NCBI GenBank assembly: GCA_963850935.1
Contig: CAWKNT010000007.1
Span: 153,172-217,171, forward strand
From: an uncultured Isosphaeraceae bacterium
Lineage (GTDB): Bacteria > Planctomycetota > Planctomycetia > Isosphaerales > Isosphaeraceae
DNA: 64,000 bases
Direction: 5' to 3'
The position numbers and the translations under genes are program-made. Below are positions 63,976 to 64,000 of the stretch, in pieces. Below the pieces are notes generated by a model. It saw only the letters and a program-made list of their open reading frames with translations. It was not told the DNA's origin and did not search any database. Each line of letters opens with the position of its first letter. Within the stretch, counting starts at the first letter, position 1.

Positions 63976-64000
63976 TTGCAAGCTCCAACCTTCGCGTATG

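Overview
This is a high-GC window (about 65% GC) with one roughly 2.2 kb low-GC stretch (about 23.5-25.7 kb) that has no convincing genes. Several features point to a Planctomycetota-type chromosome: N-terminal LExRxLL secretion motifs, DUF1501, a PSCyt1 cytochrome c domain, a PEP-CTERM protein, and three Ser/Thr kinase (STK) genes, one with a TPR domain and two (minus strand) with WD40 domains and each preceded by an ECF sigma factor gene.

Content in order:
- 0-3 kb: a spermidine-synthase-like protein and a FemAB-like protein.
- 3-9.7 kb: a mosaic of mobile-element remnants. There are three serine-recombinase fragments, an IS110-like fragment and a diverged ~130-bp repeat pair, bracketing a blaI/blaR1-like pair and a zf-UBP protein.
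- 10-19.4 kb: two ECF-sigma/STK-WD40 modules on the minus strand, then a small XRE-family HTH gene (19.7-20.0 kb).
- 20-36 kb: secreted-protein genes (Calx-beta, PEP-CTERM, DUF1080, PPC domains, PSCyt1-WD40, DUF1501, a TolC-like outer-membrane factor), plus an IS4 transposase fragment at 22.0-22.4 kb.
- 35.8-40 kb: an ArsR/SmtB regulator with a 10-bp palindrome, a CusF-SCO1 copper chaperone fusion, a creatininase-family enzyme and NADP glutamate dehydrogenase.
- 40.4-52.6 kb, the most interesting block: an STK with a single TM segment and a long extracytoplasmic TPR domain, preceded by a truncated tandem copy of itself. Directly downstream lies a 57-aa double-glycine (GG) leader peptide, a terminator, and a three-gene exporter: HlyD, a C39-peptidase ABC transporter and a second ABC transporter with a cyclic-nucleotide-binding-like N-terminus. 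The kinase and the peptide gene share a near-identical 24-bp upstream motif at the same spacing. I read this as a candidate peptide-signal/receptor-kinase circuit that has not been described.
- 52.7-64 kb: a CYTH protein, a flotillin/SPFH protein, a PIN/RHH toxin-antitoxin pair, a Y1 (IS200-like) transposase with a C-terminal DnaA-like HTH next to a 380-bp nested tandem-repeat array, an intact IS66-family transposase, and RNase PH.

Caveat: very many genes, including gdhA, can only be reconstructed by joining two to five reading frames, and one kinase carries an in-frame TAA. I cannot tell from sequence alone whether these are assembly indel errors or real pseudogenization. Coordinates of frameshifted genes are approximate.
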